Assembly: GCA_052279835.1 (NCBI GenBank)
Contig: CP181291.1
Span: 6,208,001-6,272,000 of the forward strand
Origin: Microcoleus sp.
GTDB taxonomy: Bacteria; Cyanobacteriota; Cyanobacteriia; Cyanobacteriales; Microcoleaceae
Direction: 5' to 3'
DNA length: 64,000 bases
Shown here: positions 63,556-64,000 of the stretch, in pieces
Layout of the letters: each line of letters opens with the position of its first letter
Position numbering within the stretch: position 1 is the stretch's first letter
Notes under the pieces: generated by a model
Databases searched by the model: none
The model's input: only the letters and a program-made list of their open reading frames with translations
What the model was told of the DNA's origin: nothing
Translations under genes and position numbers: made by a program

Positions 63556-64000
63556 TTAGAAAATGAAGATTATTTCCAGTTTCCACTTGGTATTTTCCCG
63601 GACGATCTCAATGCGATCGATAAATTCTCGAAAATAAAACCTGCGTTCCGATTCTGATAAGTCCAGCCAAAATTGGGGCAGAGAAACAGTTTGAGCTGTT
63701 TCTCGCAAATTAACTGGCGGTAGTTGCGCCAATTTGCTTTGCAATTGTGCCATTTCGGTGCGGATTTTGTAGGCTCTAAATTCGGCAGTTTCTGTGTCTA
63801 AAATGCCATTTTCTATCAGGGCTGCTAGTTGATTGATGATTTGTTCTTTAAATTCGATCGCCCTGAGAATTCCTACTTTAATTCCCTTCATATCCGGCAT
63901 CTGTAACCCTGCTACAGCAGCGGGTAAATTCTGACAAATTCCGCTGATGGTCGATTGCAATACTTCATCGTAGGAAAGGCCGCTACATTTAGCCGGACGA
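63556..64000 (-). CDS. C-terminal part of a probable large serine recombinase-family protein (runs off the window)
   Basis: Frame open to window end (RPAKCSGLSYDEVLQSTI..IC); coiled coil then FWLDLSESERRFYFREFIDRIEI; family assignment from recalled similarity only. Confidence 0.6.
   Translation of the reverse strand, partial: RPAKCSGLSYDEVLQSTISGICQNLPAAVAGLQMPDMKGIKVGILRAIEFKEQIINQLAALIENGILDTETAEFRAYKIRTEMAQLQSKLAQLPPVNLRETAQTVSLPQFWLDLSESERRFYFREFIDRIEIVRENTKWKLEIIFIF

Overview
A 64-kb chromosomal segment from a filamentous cyanobacterium. Frequent HIP1 octamers (GCGATCGC), heptamer STRR repeats, pentapeptide/COP23/XisI/CBCR genes and the dispersed repeat types suggest Microcoleus/Oscillatoriales (inference). 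Housekeeping genes are rpsD, sufE, alaS (split by a 1-nt frameshift), pyrG, a ROK kinase, mltA and an ArnT-type glycosyltransferase. Three regions stand out. (1) 12.1-24.7 kb: a coiled-coil protein, a membrane BON/OmpA protein with an apparent longin/roadblock-like cytoplasmic domain, and a Rab-like small GTPase, translationally coupled to a PAS kinase and followed by an adenylate cyclase and two more kinases. (2) 47.6-58.75 kb: an accessory island with the same CAGGACTTACGCAGACACACTATATGTA sequence at both ends. It carries secreted Cys-paired proteins with variable inserts, COP23, two trypsin proteases and three barrel-less porin-type SLH/coiled-coil modules, facing a divergent split HTH-NB-ARC + TPR pair across 11-bp direct repeats, and ends in decaying pseudogenes. 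(3) 59.3-63.5 kb: an ethylene-binding-domain/DXCF-cyanobacteriochrome hybrid kinase followed by a receiver-adenylate cyclase. Two tandem DUF4347/RTX secreted proteins, a TnpB remnant and many MITE/REP-like repeats are also present. No rRNA, tRNA or CRISPR array was seen. All calls are from motif recognition by eye; no database searches were run.
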